A stretch of DNA of 64,000 nucleotides from a virus, in IMG/VR virus record IMGVR_UViG_3300045971_000354, positions 32,001-96,000 of that record, one strand, 5' to 3'. Under the pieces are notes generated by a model. The model ran no database searches, was not told the origin of the DNA, and saw nothing but the letters and a program-made list of their open reading frames with translations. Shown here piece after piece: positions 14,306-24,157 of this stretch (its first letter is position 1; every line of letters begins with the position of its first letter). Made by a program: the position numbers and the translations under genes.

Positions 14306-16086
14306 GGTGCCTCGACATATTCTGGGTTTGTATCATAACTTGTGTATCCGTTTTCCTTAACTACCCTTAACACATTATTAACCCGGCCGATAAGTTCGTC
14401 TTTGTGCGAGATTAAGAAAATATTTTTATTTCGGTCACGCGCCATTTTCTTAAGAACTCCTAACCCTGCTTCGACTCCTGCTGCATCCATCCCTGCATCG
14501 ATAAGTTCGTCGACAAATAATAAGTTAATATGTTGATACAAGTTTTCCCATACATCTCGGAATGCAAAACTTAATGATAAAATAAGTCGATTTCGTTCAC
14601 CACGTGACAAATTATCAAAGTCTAGTTCTTGTCCAAGCTGTGTAATTTCTACATTAAGATCATTCAAAAACACAACTTTATGAGGTAATCCCATTTTGTC
14701 AATATAGTAACTTAACCGTTTATTCAGGTAGCTCAAGTTTTGATCAATAATCTTCTTACGAATGAAACTGTCTTTGTTAGTAAGCAACTTGTGTAATAAT
14801 TCTTGATGATCTTTCAATTTAGCTAATGCGTTAACTTCGTCCCAAACAATTACTTGAAGTGCTTCTTTTTTCAGATCTTCGATCTGTTCGTCGTAGGGGT
14901 TATATTCATTATACTTGTCTTCTAAACTTTTTTCAAGCCCCGCAAGATTATTTTTATGGCCTAACGCTTCTGCTTCTGTTTCGTAAAATGATGCAGATGG
15001 TTTTGGTATCTCACTAATTTCGGCAAGGCCGGTTAAAATTAAATCGAGATCGTTTTTAATTTTAAGACCATACACTGTGCTCTCATCAAAATCTTTCTTC
15101 GCCTTTGCAAGCATGTCAGTATGCTTGTGGTCGTGTAAATCTTGTTCGCAAGAAGGACACTTATGATCTGCAAGTGTTGCAATTTCTCTGCCATATCTCG
15201 CAATAGATTTTTCGGCCTGTCCGACTGCTGACTCTAATGTTGCTTTTTGTTTATTAAGATCTCGTATCGACGCATTATTTGCATTCCACTCTTTTAATGC
15301 AATATGACTTTCGAGCTCGGCGTTAATATCAACAGACTCTAGTTGCATAATAGCTTTTCCGAGTTTTTCTAAATCTTGGTCTTTCTTGTGTTCCCAGGCA
15401 GAACTTTTAATAGATAAACTGTTTATTGCCTTTTGCACATTTTCATTTGCTATCTTGATACCGTCGATTTTATAAGTTTCGGCTTGTATCTGATCTTTGA
15501 TATCCTTCATTGCTGTCTTTAGTGCTTCGGCTTTTAGACTTAGTGCAGTAATTCCAAGCAACTGCTCGATAATTTCGCGTTGATCTGCTGCTTTCAATGA
15601 AAGAAACGGCTCCGTGTATGTGTTTAGTGCAACTAAATGCTTAAACATCATATGACTCATTCCGAGTAATGATTCGATATACTTTTGTGTTTCTCGGCTG
15701 TCGCCCTGTGCATCATCGTCTTCTGCTTTCTGTTCTTCTTCGTTTATAAAGATTTTAAGAATATTAGGCTTACGACCACGCTGAATACGATAGTTAATTC
15801 CGTTGACAGAAAACTCAACAGTAACTACCATAGCCTTACCGTTCGTTTTGTTTATTAAGTTTTCTTTTTTAATGTTAGTAAGAGCCTGACCATATAGACC
15901 GTAGCTTAATGCATTAATCATCGTAGTCTTACCAGTACCATTTCGACTACCGCTATCGTCACCGCCTAAGTCGAGATTTTCGCCTAGCACTAATGTTAAG
16001 TGCTCTTTGTCAAAATCTACTGCTTGTGTTTGATTTCCGATCGATAAGAAATTCTTAACGGTGATATTTTTAATGTGAAATGCCAT
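14302..16086 (-). CDS. gp46: Recombination endonuclease ATPase subunit (gp46/Rad50/SbcC-like)
   Basis: Walker A NGTGKTT, CPSC zinc hook, LSRGE signature, LLFVDE Walker B and ISH. Confidence 0.95.
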   Translation of the reverse strand: MAFHIKNITVKNFLSIGNQTQAVDFDKEHLTLVLGENLDLGGDDSGSRNGTGKTTMINALSYGLYGQALTNIKKENLINKTNGKAMVVTVEFSVNGINYRIQRGRKPNILKIFINEEEQKAEDDDAQGDSRETQKYIESLLGMSHMMFKHLVALNTYTEPFLSLKAADQREIIEQLLGITALSLKAEALKTAMKDIKDQIQAETYKIDGIKIANENVQKAINSLSIKSSAWEHKKDQDLEKLGKAIMQLESVDINAELESHIALKEWNANNASIRDLNKQKATLESAVGQAEKSIARYGREIATLADHKCPSCEQDLHDHKHTDMLAKAKKDFDESTVYGLKIKNDLDLILTGLAEISEIPKPSASFYETEAEALGHKNNLAGLEKSLEDKYNEYNPYDEQIEDLKKEALQVIVWDEVNALAKLKDHQELLHKLLTNKDSFIRKKIIDQNLSYLNKRLSYYIDKMGLPHKVVFLNDLNVEITQLGQELDFDNLSRGERNRLILSLSFAFRDVWENLYQHINLLFVDELIDAGMDAAGVEAGLGVLKKMARDRNKNIFLISHKDELIGRVNNVLRVVKENGYTSYDTNPEYVEAP

Positions 16087-16087
16087 G

Positions 16088-17101
16088 TTATAGATTGTTG
16101 TAAATGTCTAGGAGCAATGCTTTATCAAACGTATCCGAATCGAGATTAACTAGCTGTTCAGTTACAATCTGATCAACACTTTCAAATTCTGCATCTACTG
16201 CTTCGTCTGCGGAAGTTTCTAAACTTGCTTTTTCTTGTATTAAACTAATTTCGCGAATATCGTATGTGTCGACAAATGTTTCTTTGATAAAGTTTGCTTC
16301 CTCATACGAAATATCTACATCCAAATGCACTTTCAAATACATTTTTGATTTCATAATGCTATCAGTTTCATCAATTAGCTTGCTTAAATTTAGAGTTCTA
16401 AACTTTGGAGCATCTGGCCATGCTTTGTATTCGGGCTTTCCGTCCCAATCCATTATCATCATGCCTCGGGAATCGTCCCATGTATCTGCAAAGTTATGTG
16501 GGAATGCGTTTCCGATATACACAATTTTATCACGCTGTTGTCGCTTATGGAAGTGTCCGCTGAAAACATAGTCTTGATGTTTGAAATGATTTGCTTGAAG
16601 TTCACCGTTATCGGGCATCTGTACCATTGCATTCATATGAAATAGTGGTAGTTCAAAGTGGCCGAACATATATTTGCTCTTTACTTTAGAAATCCCTTTC
16701 CATTCTTCGCCGACTAACCACGGAACTAACGTTACATTCCCGATAGTTGTAACTTTTTCAACAACAGTTACACCTGGAATATGCCTGCCAAATGATGAAC
16801 TGTGAATATCGCGCTTGTCTTTATAGAACAGATCGTGATTTCCTGGAAACCAAAAGAACTGTTCGAATGCTGCGCCTAGTTTTTCTAGACACCGCATACT
16901 TGTGTCTAGTGTAATTAAGTTGATTGAATTTCGATTATGATGCCAGTCTCCTAGGAAGATGCAAGTTTCACAACCACTGGCCTTTGCTTCCTGGATAAAC
17001 CAATCTACAAAATCTTCACAATCTTTGTTGTGTGTTGACGAATTTGATTTCAACCCAAAGTGAATATCTGTAAAACACGCAACCCGCTTGAATAATTCCA
17101 T
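16088..17101 (-). CDS. gp47: Recombination endonuclease nuclease subunit (gp47/Mre11/SbcD-like)
   Basis: TDIHFG, LGDWHH, GNHD, GHFE and SGHFH metallophosphoesterase motifs. Confidence 0.95.
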   Translation of the reverse strand: MELFKRVACFTDIHFGLKSNSSTHNKDCEDFVDWFIQEAKASGCETCIFLGDWHHNRNSINLITLDTSMRCLEKLGAAFEQFFWFPGNHDLFYKDKRDIHSSSFGRHIPGVTVVEKVTTIGNVTLVPWLVGEEWKGISKVKSKYMFGHFELPLFHMNAMVQMPDNGELQANHFKHQDYVFSGHFHKRQQRDKIVYIGNAFPHNFADTWDDSRGMMIMDWDGKPEYKAWPDAPKFRTLNLSKLIDETDSIMKSKMYLKVHLDVDISYEEANFIKETFVDTYDIREISLIQEKASLETSADEAVDAEFESVDQIVTEQLVNLDSDTFDKALLLDIYNNL

Positions 17102-17110
17102 TTAATAGTT

Positions 17111-17151
17111 CTCCTAACTATAGTATACACGACAGTTAGGAGTTAAATCAA
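17111..17151 (-). promoter_or_regulatory. RBS-sequestering hairpin with a nested sigma70-like promoter upstream of gp47
   Basis: CTCCTAACT/AGTTAGGAG inverted repeat covering the AGGAG RBS. TTGATT-N18-TATACT with its -10 inside the hairpin. Confidence 0.6.
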
Positions 17152-18062
17152 GAGACTTCTTCGCCATCTTCAATAGGATCTTCTTCCGACTTAGGCATCC
17201 GCATTTTTTTGTATAACTCTGCTTGCCGTGCAATTTCTTCTGCAAATATTTGGCTACTCTGTCTTGTTAAACTCGGAGTTAACCCATTTTCTTCAAGTAA
17301 GTCGTCGCGAATATTTTGCATCTTCTTTTCGAGATTTAAAATACGAGTAAAAGAATTAGTTACGGCTGCGGTGTAATAGGCAAACGGGTTTTCTGATTTT
17401 GATTCGTCGAATTGTAAACCAATTTGGCTTAATTGTAAGATTGCTTGTCCTCGCATCTCTTCGATATAGGTATACCCACGCCAGTTAGACCGTTGTGCAT
17501 ATCGTTCACTTAATTTAATATACATCTTTCCGAGGTTTTCTGTAATTCGACCGTGGTCTTTACAAAATTTTCCAGTATGTACATCCCCTTTCCAATGACT
17601 CTTACCTACACAAATTAGTTCGTCTTTTTCGTTAAATTTCCAATGCTGATATGGAGGAAAGTTTACTTTTTCATGTGCATCTGCTGTGGTTTTGGTTGTT
17701 TTCTTTCGCCCGGGTGCAAGCGGAATATGATCAAATGTCATAACCCTAATAACTAAATCTAACTTTAATATAGTGTTAAAATCTGGAGTGACTTCGATTA
17801 GTCTCACTTTTTTATCACCTGCAACTCTTGCGGCATTAAAAATTGCTAACCCTATTCTTTTAGCACGGATTCGTTGGGCATCTACTAATGTAACATCATT
17901 TATCTTATCTTTATTTGATACAATAAGATCGTGCTGTGCATAATCTGGGCTAGTATAACTACTAAAACTTACTTTGCTTCTATGAATCTCTGCTAACAAA
18001 TCTTTATTGTTCAGGTATTTTTGTTTTCTACCTGAAGGTTGTATTATAACACTATTGGGCAT
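17148..18062 (-). CDS. gp55: Late-transcription sigma factor (T4 gp55-like)
   Basis: YLNNKDLLAEI N-terminus, plus NWRGYTYIEEM, FDESKSENPFAYYT and F.RILNLEKK. Confidence 0.85.
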   Translation of the reverse strand: MPNSVIIQPSGRKQKYLNNKDLLAEIHRSKVSFSSYTSPDYAQHDLIVSNKDKINDVTLVDAQRIRAKRIGLAIFNAARVAGDKKVRLIEVTPDFNTILKLDLVIRVMTFDHIPLAPGRKKTTKTTADAHEKVNFPPYQHWKFNEKDELICVGKSHWKGDVHTGKFCKDHGRITENLGKMYIKLSERYAQRSNWRGYTYIEEMRGQAILQLSQIGLQFDESKSENPFAYYTAAVTNSFTRILNLEKKMQNIRDDLLEENGLTPSLTRQSSQIFAEEIARQAELYKKMRMPKSEEDPIEDGEEVS

Positions 18063-18137
18063 CTAGGCACCCTCCTTTTATATATTATAACATCTTTGGT
18101 TATACAACTGCAACCGAAAGCTATAATAGTAGCACTT

Positions 18138-18155
18138 TATTTATCAGGTTAAATA
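18138..18155. promoter_or_regulatory. Back-to-back TAAATA late promoter motifs
   Basis: tattta 18138-18143 and taaata 18150-18155 between divergent genes. A TGnTATAAT also lies at 18084-18092 on the minus strand. Confidence 0.6.
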
Positions 18156-18172
18156 AGGTATAGGAGAACGAT

Positions 18173-18871
18173 ATGGGATTATTAGATACAATAGTTGGTA
18201 GAGTAACGTCTGCATTTAGTGGGACACAGACACCGACATCTGCAAAATTTACAGGATCCGCTGTTGATCTCCGTGCGAAACTTAGAGTGCCAGATATGTA
18301 TTTGCTATCTAATACTCCTTCAGCTGGCCCAAACAATATTTTACAAAAAAACGGAGGCATTCTTTTTCCGTATACTCCTACGATTAGTATAGATAACAGG
18401 GCAGATTACGGCACATCGTCGCCACTTCATTCTAATTTTGCATTTTACTTTTTTAAAAATGCAAGTGTTGGTCCTATCACAGTTAACGCTAAATTTACTG
18501 TTCAAAACGAATTCGATGGTGCAGTTTTGCTAGGAGTAATACACCTGCTTAGGAGTTTAACAAAAATGAGATGGGGCGATGAACCTAATGCTGGATCTCC
18601 GCCTCCTATTTGTAGACTTGATGCATACGGAGATTTTATGTTAAGTAATGTTCCTGTTGCACTTACTGGATGGCGTCATGAGTTACCCGATAGTGTAGAT
18701 TATATTACAGTTGGCCGCCCGGGTAGTCCAACGCTTTATGGCCATAGTATGGTCCCGTCACTTAGCACATTGTCATTAACTTTTAATGTAATGTATAGCA
18801 GACAAGAAATGGGGAATTATAGAGTCGATAACTGGTTATCAGGCGATAGTAAAGGGAAAGGGTATCTATAA
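18173..18871 (+). CDS. Baseplate/tail-tube junction protein (gp48/gp54-like fold)
   Basis: FPYTPTI...PPPICRLDAYG...NVPV tube-like pattern. First gene of the baseplate operon. Confidence 0.55.
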   Translation: MGLLDTIVGRVTSAFSGTQTPTSAKFTGSAVDLRAKLRVPDMYLLSNTPSAGPNNILQKNGGILFPYTPTISIDNRADYGTSSPLHSNFAFYFFKNASVGPITVNAKFTVQNEFDGAVLLGVIHLLRSLTKMRWGDEPNAGSPPPICRLDAYGDFMLSNVPVALTGWRHELPDSVDYITVGRPGSPTLYGHSMVPSLSTLSLTFNVMYSRQEMGNYRVDNWLSGDSKGKGYL

Positions 18872-19167
18872 TGAGTGACTATAGTAGAACAAGTCCGTAC
18901 TTCTCGACACCAGTAGTAAACGGATATTTAGATATATTAAATTTTAAAGATATTCCTTCAGTTGCAGATGATGTTCAATTTACTATTACAAGTTTTTATA
19001 CACATCGCCCTGACCTGTTAGCAAACGATTTATATAATGATCCTCAATTATGGTGGGTGTTTGCTGTAAGGAACAAAGATGTTATTCGAGATCCTGTATT
19101 TGATATGATTCCGGGACAAACAATTTTTTTACCTAAGCTTGCAACTATAAAAGGAGCATTAGGATAA
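18871..19167 (+). CDS. Baseplate wedge protein (gp53-like, LysM-type)
   Basis: HRPDLLANDLYNDPQLWWVF..RN...DP motif. Confidence 0.85.
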   Translation: MSDYSRTSPYFSTPVVNGYLDILNFKDIPSVADDVQFTITSFYTHRPDLLANDLYNDPQLWWVFAVRNKDVIRDPVFDMIPGQTIFLPKLATIKGALG

Positions 19168-21965
19168 TGGCTGATCCTTTGTTTACAGGTAAAAATTATA
19201 CATCTGCGCTAAAGCGAAATATTTTACATTCTTATAGATCTTGGGTTTATAATTTTTCGTTTGGTGCAGTACCTCCTACCGAACTAACAACTGAGGACTC
19301 AGTTCGCAAAGCTATTAAAAAATACAATGTGTTAACGTCGTCCGGTAAAGGTACTCAAGGAATGCAGGTAAGTGGAGATGCAGCTAGCTTACCTGGAGAT
19401 GTTTCTAGTCTTGTTGACGAATATAATAAATTGAGCCCCGGCCATTTTGACATGTATATTGATGATGTAGAAATTCAAAGTGTAATCACTGCCGGAACAC
19501 CATCAACTGGATCGTCTCAAGCATGCAACGTAAAATTTTCAGTATACGAGCCTTACAGTATCAACGGATTTATCGAAGCACTCCAAGTTGCTGCTCAAGC
19601 ATCGGGTTATACTGACTATATTAAGGCTACTTTTGCATTAGAGTTTACATTTCAAGGTTATCCAGATGATCAACCCGTTGAGAGTTCTGTTCCTCAAGAA
19701 GTTCCATTTTCTAGCAGATATTATATTATTACTATTACCGGGATTGAAGCTGACATAAATGAAAACGGAACAAAATATCGAGTTGATGCAGTCCCAATGA
19801 CTCACACAGGATTCGGTAATCCTAATAATCTGTTATTTGACATTAAAGTTGCTGGAGATTCGGTTAAAGAAATATTATCAAATTTCTTTAACGGTATAAA
19901 CGAATCGCTTCGTGCTAATGCTGTAAAGAGCAAAAGCTTAACTGATTCTGAGGCTGGGGTAAAATACGATACTTATGAATTATCAGTTCCTGATATTGTT
20001 GCACCCGGCGGCACCGCACAAGACACTACCCAAGCATTAATTTGTTCAAAAGATGACGGCCCGATCAAAACTCCTAAAAACTTATTTCAGCATCGCGTAT
20101 TATCTTCGCCAATGAATAAGGTACTTGAATCAAAAAACGTATTTCAAATGGGAGATCCTAAACAGTTTGCTAAAGGGTATGTTGCAACTGGCACAAAAGA
20201 TTCGTCTTCTAAACCAACTTCGGACAAAATTTCGTTAACTAACGGAACTGTGGTATTTTCCGCCGGCTCGAAAATACATGATTGTATTATGGCAGTCATT
20301 CGAGATAGTGAGTGGGTATCTCAGCATATAATGGCAGGAACATTAGCAGGCAGTGATTTGGTAGATGCTTATGGAATGTTTACATATTTTACTGTTCGAT
20401 TGGAAACAAGTTACGGCGATTTTGATAAAGTTCAAAACAGATATTTGTTTAATTATCGATTTATACTTGAACCTTATAAGATGCACTACACTAGAATTCC
20501 GGGGAATGAACAAGGTACATTTAACCCTTCTGCAATAAAAGATACCTTACAGAGGTCCTACAACTATATCTATACAGGTAAAAATCTTGATATAGTTAAA
20601 TTTAATTTAAAATTTGATAATTTATATTTCTCAGGAACTCCAGCAAACGCAGGTAATAGGCCTGCAGAAAACCCAACAACTCATTCTGCTAAACCTAACG
20701 GCGATGTTGAGAATAAGCATCCTAATTCAGCATTTGGTCAAGATCCTGCGGCATTCAAGTCTATGTCACCAGTTGCTCCACGAAGTACTGATGCATCACA
20801 AAGCCAACGCCCTGAAACAGTAGCCGGTCAAATACAAAATACACCTTATCAACGATTAGCATCGAATATGCATAAGGCAATTTTAGGTGGTGCTGAGTTA
20901 ATTACGGGAAAGTTAGATATATTTGGAGATCCTTATTATCTAACTACTGGCGGCACATTATCTAGAAATTTAAAAGTTAAAGAAGCGTACCTTACTGCTA
21001 ACGGAGAAGCAGAAGTTACACAAACTGCACTTTATATCAACATTGATTTTAGAAATCCAGTTGATATAAACACTACTGGATTTTTAGAGTTCTCTAAGCA
21101 AACTCCATTTAGCGGAATTTATCAAGTTACTATGGTTAATAGTTTATTTAAAGACGGGTTGTTTACCCAATCATTAGATGTGCTTCGCCTTCCTGGACAG
21201 GTATTAGATGGGTCGACTGCTGTTATTGCAAACGACAATAAGAGTGTTGCGGAGCCCGATGCTGCTACGGTTAAAAATTCTGCAGGAGCAACAGTTGTTG
21301 ATACGGGACCAAAAACAAATGCTGCCGGCCTTGCTAGCTTAGGACCTTCGGTTAATTCTGCCGCAGATGCATTTACTACCCCTTCCTCAGTTGCTATACC
21401 AACATTACCTACTGGCATACCAACATTACCTACTGGCATACCGACATTATCTGCCACTCCTCTTGCATCAGCCAGCGCCGCCCTAAGTTCCGGCGCCACA
21501 AATTTAGTTTCAGGTGCAACTAATGTAATTGCAGGAGCCGCAAAGCAACTACCGTCACTAACTTCTGCTGCTAGTTCTCTTGCTGCTAAAGCTACAAGCG
21601 CAGTGACCCCGGCAATTGCACAATTTAAATCTATTGATTTTGCAGCAATTGAAGCGACTGCAAAACAAGGGTTAGATCTATCTATTTTAAAACCAACGCC
21701 TGGCAGCGGAGAAACTTTATCAGATCTTCTTAAGAAGATTCCGCCAGCACAACCATTTTCGCTTCCGCCGCTTCCGCCACTTGATCCTAGCCTTGCACTT
21801 AGCATTAAAGCATCTGCGGATACATTAAAATCTGCAATACCTAGTATATCTGTTCCGAAATTTGGAGATAATTTAACCGGTCTTGCTAATAATGCAGTTA
21901 GTGGAGTAGCTAACCTTACTTCTAATTTACCTTCTGCCGCCGGCACAGTAGCTAAATTTATATAA
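19167..21965 (+). CDS. Baseplate hub protein (gp27-like) with a low-complexity C-terminal extension
   Basis: Lies between gp53 and gp5. Has IFGDPY and FSGIYQVTMVNSLFKDGLFTQSL hub-type C-terminal motifs. Confidence 0.65.
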   Translation: MADPLFTGKNYTSALKRNILHSYRSWVYNFSFGAVPPTELTTEDSVRKAIKKYNVLTSSGKGTQGMQVSGDAASLPGDVSSLVDEYNKLSPGHFDMYIDDVEIQSVITAGTPSTGSSQACNVKFSVYEPYSINGFIEALQVAAQASGYTDYIKATFALEFTFQGYPDDQPVESSVPQEVPFSSRYYIITITGIEADINENGTKYRVDAVPMTHTGFGNPNNLLFDIKVAGDSVKEILSNFFNGINESLRANAVKSKSLTDSEAGVKYDTYELSVPDIVAPGGTAQDTTQALICSKDDGPIKTPKNLFQHRVLSSPMNKVLESKNVFQMGDPKQFAKGYVATGTKDSSSKPTSDKISLTNGTVVFSAGSKIHDCIMAVIRDSEWVSQHIMAGTLAGSDLVDAYGMFTYFTVRLETSYGDFDKVQNRYLFNYRFILEPYKMHYTRIPGNEQGTFNPSAIKDTLQRSYNYIYTGKNLDIVKFNLKFDNLYFSGTPANAGNRPAENPTTHSAKPNGDVENKHPNSAFGQDPAAFKSMSPVAPRSTDASQSQRPETVAGQIQNTPYQRLASNMHKAILGGAELITGKLDIFGDPYYLTTGGTLSRNLKVKEAYLTANGEAEVTQTALYINIDFRNPVDINTTGFLEFSKQTPFSGIYQVTMVNSLFKDGLFTQSLDVLRLPGQVLDGSTAVIANDNKSVAEPDAATVKNSAGATVVDTGPKTNAAGLASLGPSVNSAADAFTTPSSVAIPTLPTGIPTLPTGIPTLSATPLASASAALSSGATNLVSGATNVIAGAAKQLPSLTSAASSLAAKATSAVTPAIAQFKSIDFAAIEATAKQGLDLSILKPTPGSGETLSDLLKKIPPAQPFSLPPLPPLDPSLALSIKASADTLKSAIPSISVPKFGDNLTGLANNAVSGVANLTSNLPSAAGTVAKFI
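21396..21449 (+). repeat. 21-bp in-frame tandem repeat (IPTLPTG x2.5)
   Basis: ataccaacattacctactggc twice, then ataccgacatta. Confidence 0.9.
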
Positions 21966-21974
21966 GGATCTGTA

Positions 21975-24143
21975 ATGGCAATAAACACCCGCTCTAGTCT
22001 CGAAATTCTCACCCGCCCTGGCCCGTTCTTAGGAAGGGTGGTTAATCACCTCGATGGCACTTATATGGGAACAATTGAAGTTGTTCTTCTTAAACCTACC
22101 ACTGGTGATCCTGACTACAACTCTGTTGCAATTCCTGTTAGATATTGCAGCCCATTTATGGGGGCAACTTCTCAAGACTTCGAAGGTAGTGATCCTTCAA
22201 ATATTAACGATGTTCAACGTTCATACGGAATGTGGATGGTACCACCTGATATCGGTACTACAGTTCTTGTTATTTTCCTTGACGGTGATATTAATCAAGG
22301 ATTTTGGATTGGCTGTGTTGGCGACATGTTTCAAAATCATATGGTGCCGGGCATTGCTGCTAGCCAGTATGTTTCAATGTCTGCAGATCAAAAGAAAAAA
22401 TACGGTACTAATTTACTCCCTGTCGGTGAATATCTTAAGAAAATTGGAAGAGAGGGTGACGAGATTGATAATAAAACTAAACCAGTTCATCCTTTTGCTG
22501 ATCGTCTGCTCGAACAAGGGTTGTTAATTGATACTATTCGCGGAGTAACTTCTAGCAGTGCACGTCGCGAAGTTCCTTCGGCAGTTTTCGGAATTTCAAC
22601 ACCGGGCCCAGTTGACAAAAGTGAAACCGGAACACGAGGAGATATTGGGTTTAGCGATAAAGTTAACACCTATGTTGGACGATTAGGCGGCTCGTCTTTT
22701 GTTATGGATGATGGTGATAAAGAAGGACAAAATGAATTAATTCGCATTAGAACTAGGACCGGGCATCAAATTTTAATGCACAATTCTAGTGATTTGATTT
22801 ATATAGGAAACAGTAAAGGTACTGCTTGGATAGAATTAACTTCTTCAGGAAAAATCGATATCTTTGCACAAGATAGTGTTAGCATACACAGCGAAAATGA
22901 CTTTAATTTTAGGGCAGACAGGGATGTTAATATTGAAGCAGGTAGAAATTTGAATGTTTCGGTTAAAGGAACATCACATACTGATGTTACCGGAGACTAC
23001 ATTCTCAATGTTACTAGAAATGGAGTAGTATCTATTGATATGAATCACCATCTTAGAGTTGGATCTAATTCGTATCTTACATCAGACGGTGACACACATG
23101 TTGAAGCAGCAAACATTTTTCAAAGTACCCCTGGTGTATTGCATTTAAAATCAGATGGTAGCTTGTTCGTGCAATCGGGTGCAACTATAAATCAAACAGC
23201 CGCATCAGATTGGAAAGTTAGTGCAGGTGGGTCTATTAGCGAGAATTCGGGAGCAGATTGGAAAGTTAGTGCAGGTGGGTCGTCAAATATTACTTCTAGT
23301 CATCACTTAGAAACTGCTGGCAAGATTGATATGAATGGTCCTTCTGCAACCGCAGCAGAGGCAGCAGAGGCAGCTACTGCGGCCGCTCTTGCAGAACATG
23401 CATCTCATCTTCCTACGTATAGCCTACCTAATACACAATCTGACGAAGGTTGGTCGAATGGACAGTTCTTTAAAGCAGAAGATCTTGTTTCTATTATGAA
23501 ACGTGTTCCTACGCACGAACCGTGGGCACATCACGAAAACATTAATCCTAACGAATTTAGTGTTGCAGGTACTGATTTAGGAGCCACTGAACTTACTCCT
23601 AGTGTGACAAAAAGTGCAGGAAGTGATACTACAATAAAATATAATGCCCTGCCTGCTACGGCCGGAACACCACCTGCTAAAACTGGTATTACAGAAGATG
23701 ATAATATTGCGGCGTTTCTTTGGACTATTCGAGTTTGCGAAGGTACATCGGGTTCTAAAGGATACAACACAATGTTTACTGGTAAAACATTCGATAGTTT
23801 TGCAGATCACCCAAGACAGGCAATTTCTGCAGGAGTCGCAGGAAAGAGTTTAACATCAACGGCCGCCGGCGCATATCAATTCTTGAGTTCTACTTGGGAC
23901 GAAGTACAGAAAGCTACTAAACTTCCTGATTTTAGCCCTGCAAGCCAGGACAAAGCTTGTATATTTTTGTTGAAGAGATTGAAAGCACTTGACGATATTA
24001 AAGCAGGACGTTTTAAACAGGCTATTGATAGATGTAAAACTACTTGGGCTAGTTTACCGGATAGCCCGTATAATCAGCATCCTAAGTCCCTTACATTTGC
24101 ATTAAACACTTATCAGGCCGGCGGCGGCACGGTAACAGCATAA
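21975..24143 (+). CDS. gp5: Baseplate central spike (gp5/VgrG-like) with a C-terminal lambda-type lysozyme
   Basis: N-terminal OB-fold (VPPDIGTTVLVIFLDGD..GFWIG) and beta-helix repeats. C-terminal AFL..I...EGT, STAAGAYQFL..TW, DFSPASQD and WASLP..PY.Q. Confidence 0.85.
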   Translation: MAINTRSSLEILTRPGPFLGRVVNHLDGTYMGTIEVVLLKPTTGDPDYNSVAIPVRYCSPFMGATSQDFEGSDPSNINDVQRSYGMWMVPPDIGTTVLVIFLDGDINQGFWIGCVGDMFQNHMVPGIAASQYVSMSADQKKKYGTNLLPVGEYLKKIGREGDEIDNKTKPVHPFADRLLEQGLLIDTIRGVTSSSARREVPSAVFGISTPGPVDKSETGTRGDIGFSDKVNTYVGRLGGSSFVMDDGDKEGQNELIRIRTRTGHQILMHNSSDLIYIGNSKGTAWIELTSSGKIDIFAQDSVSIHSENDFNFRADRDVNIEAGRNLNVSVKGTSHTDVTGDYILNVTRNGVVSIDMNHHLRVGSNSYLTSDGDTHVEAANIFQSTPGVLHLKSDGSLFVQSGATINQTAASDWKVSAGGSISENSGADWKVSAGGSSNITSSHHLETAGKIDMNGPSATAAEAAEAATAAALAEHASHLPTYSLPNTQSDEGWSNGQFFKAEDLVSIMKRVPTHEPWAHHENINPNEFSVAGTDLGATELTPSVTKSAGSDTTIKYNALPATAGTPPAKTGITEDDNIAAFLWTIRVCEGTSGSKGYNTMFTGKTFDSFADHPRQAISAGVAGKSLTSTAAGAYQFLSSTWDEVQKATKLPDFSPASQDKACIFLLKRLKALDDIKAGRFKQAIDRCKTTWASLPDSPYNQHPKSLTFALNTYQAGGGTVTA
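23206..23281 (+). repeat. 28-bp exact direct repeat, 48-bp period, in the gp5 beta-helix
   Basis: cagattggaaagttagtgcaggtgggtc at 23206 and 23254 (DWKVSAGGS x2). Confidence 0.9.
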
Positions 24144-24157
24144 GGAGTAAATATATC

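Noticed and set aside
21122-22012. 296-aa minus-strand ORF
   Set aside because: Antisense to a low-complexity Ala/Ser/Pro region, whose codon usage avoids stops on the opposite strand.
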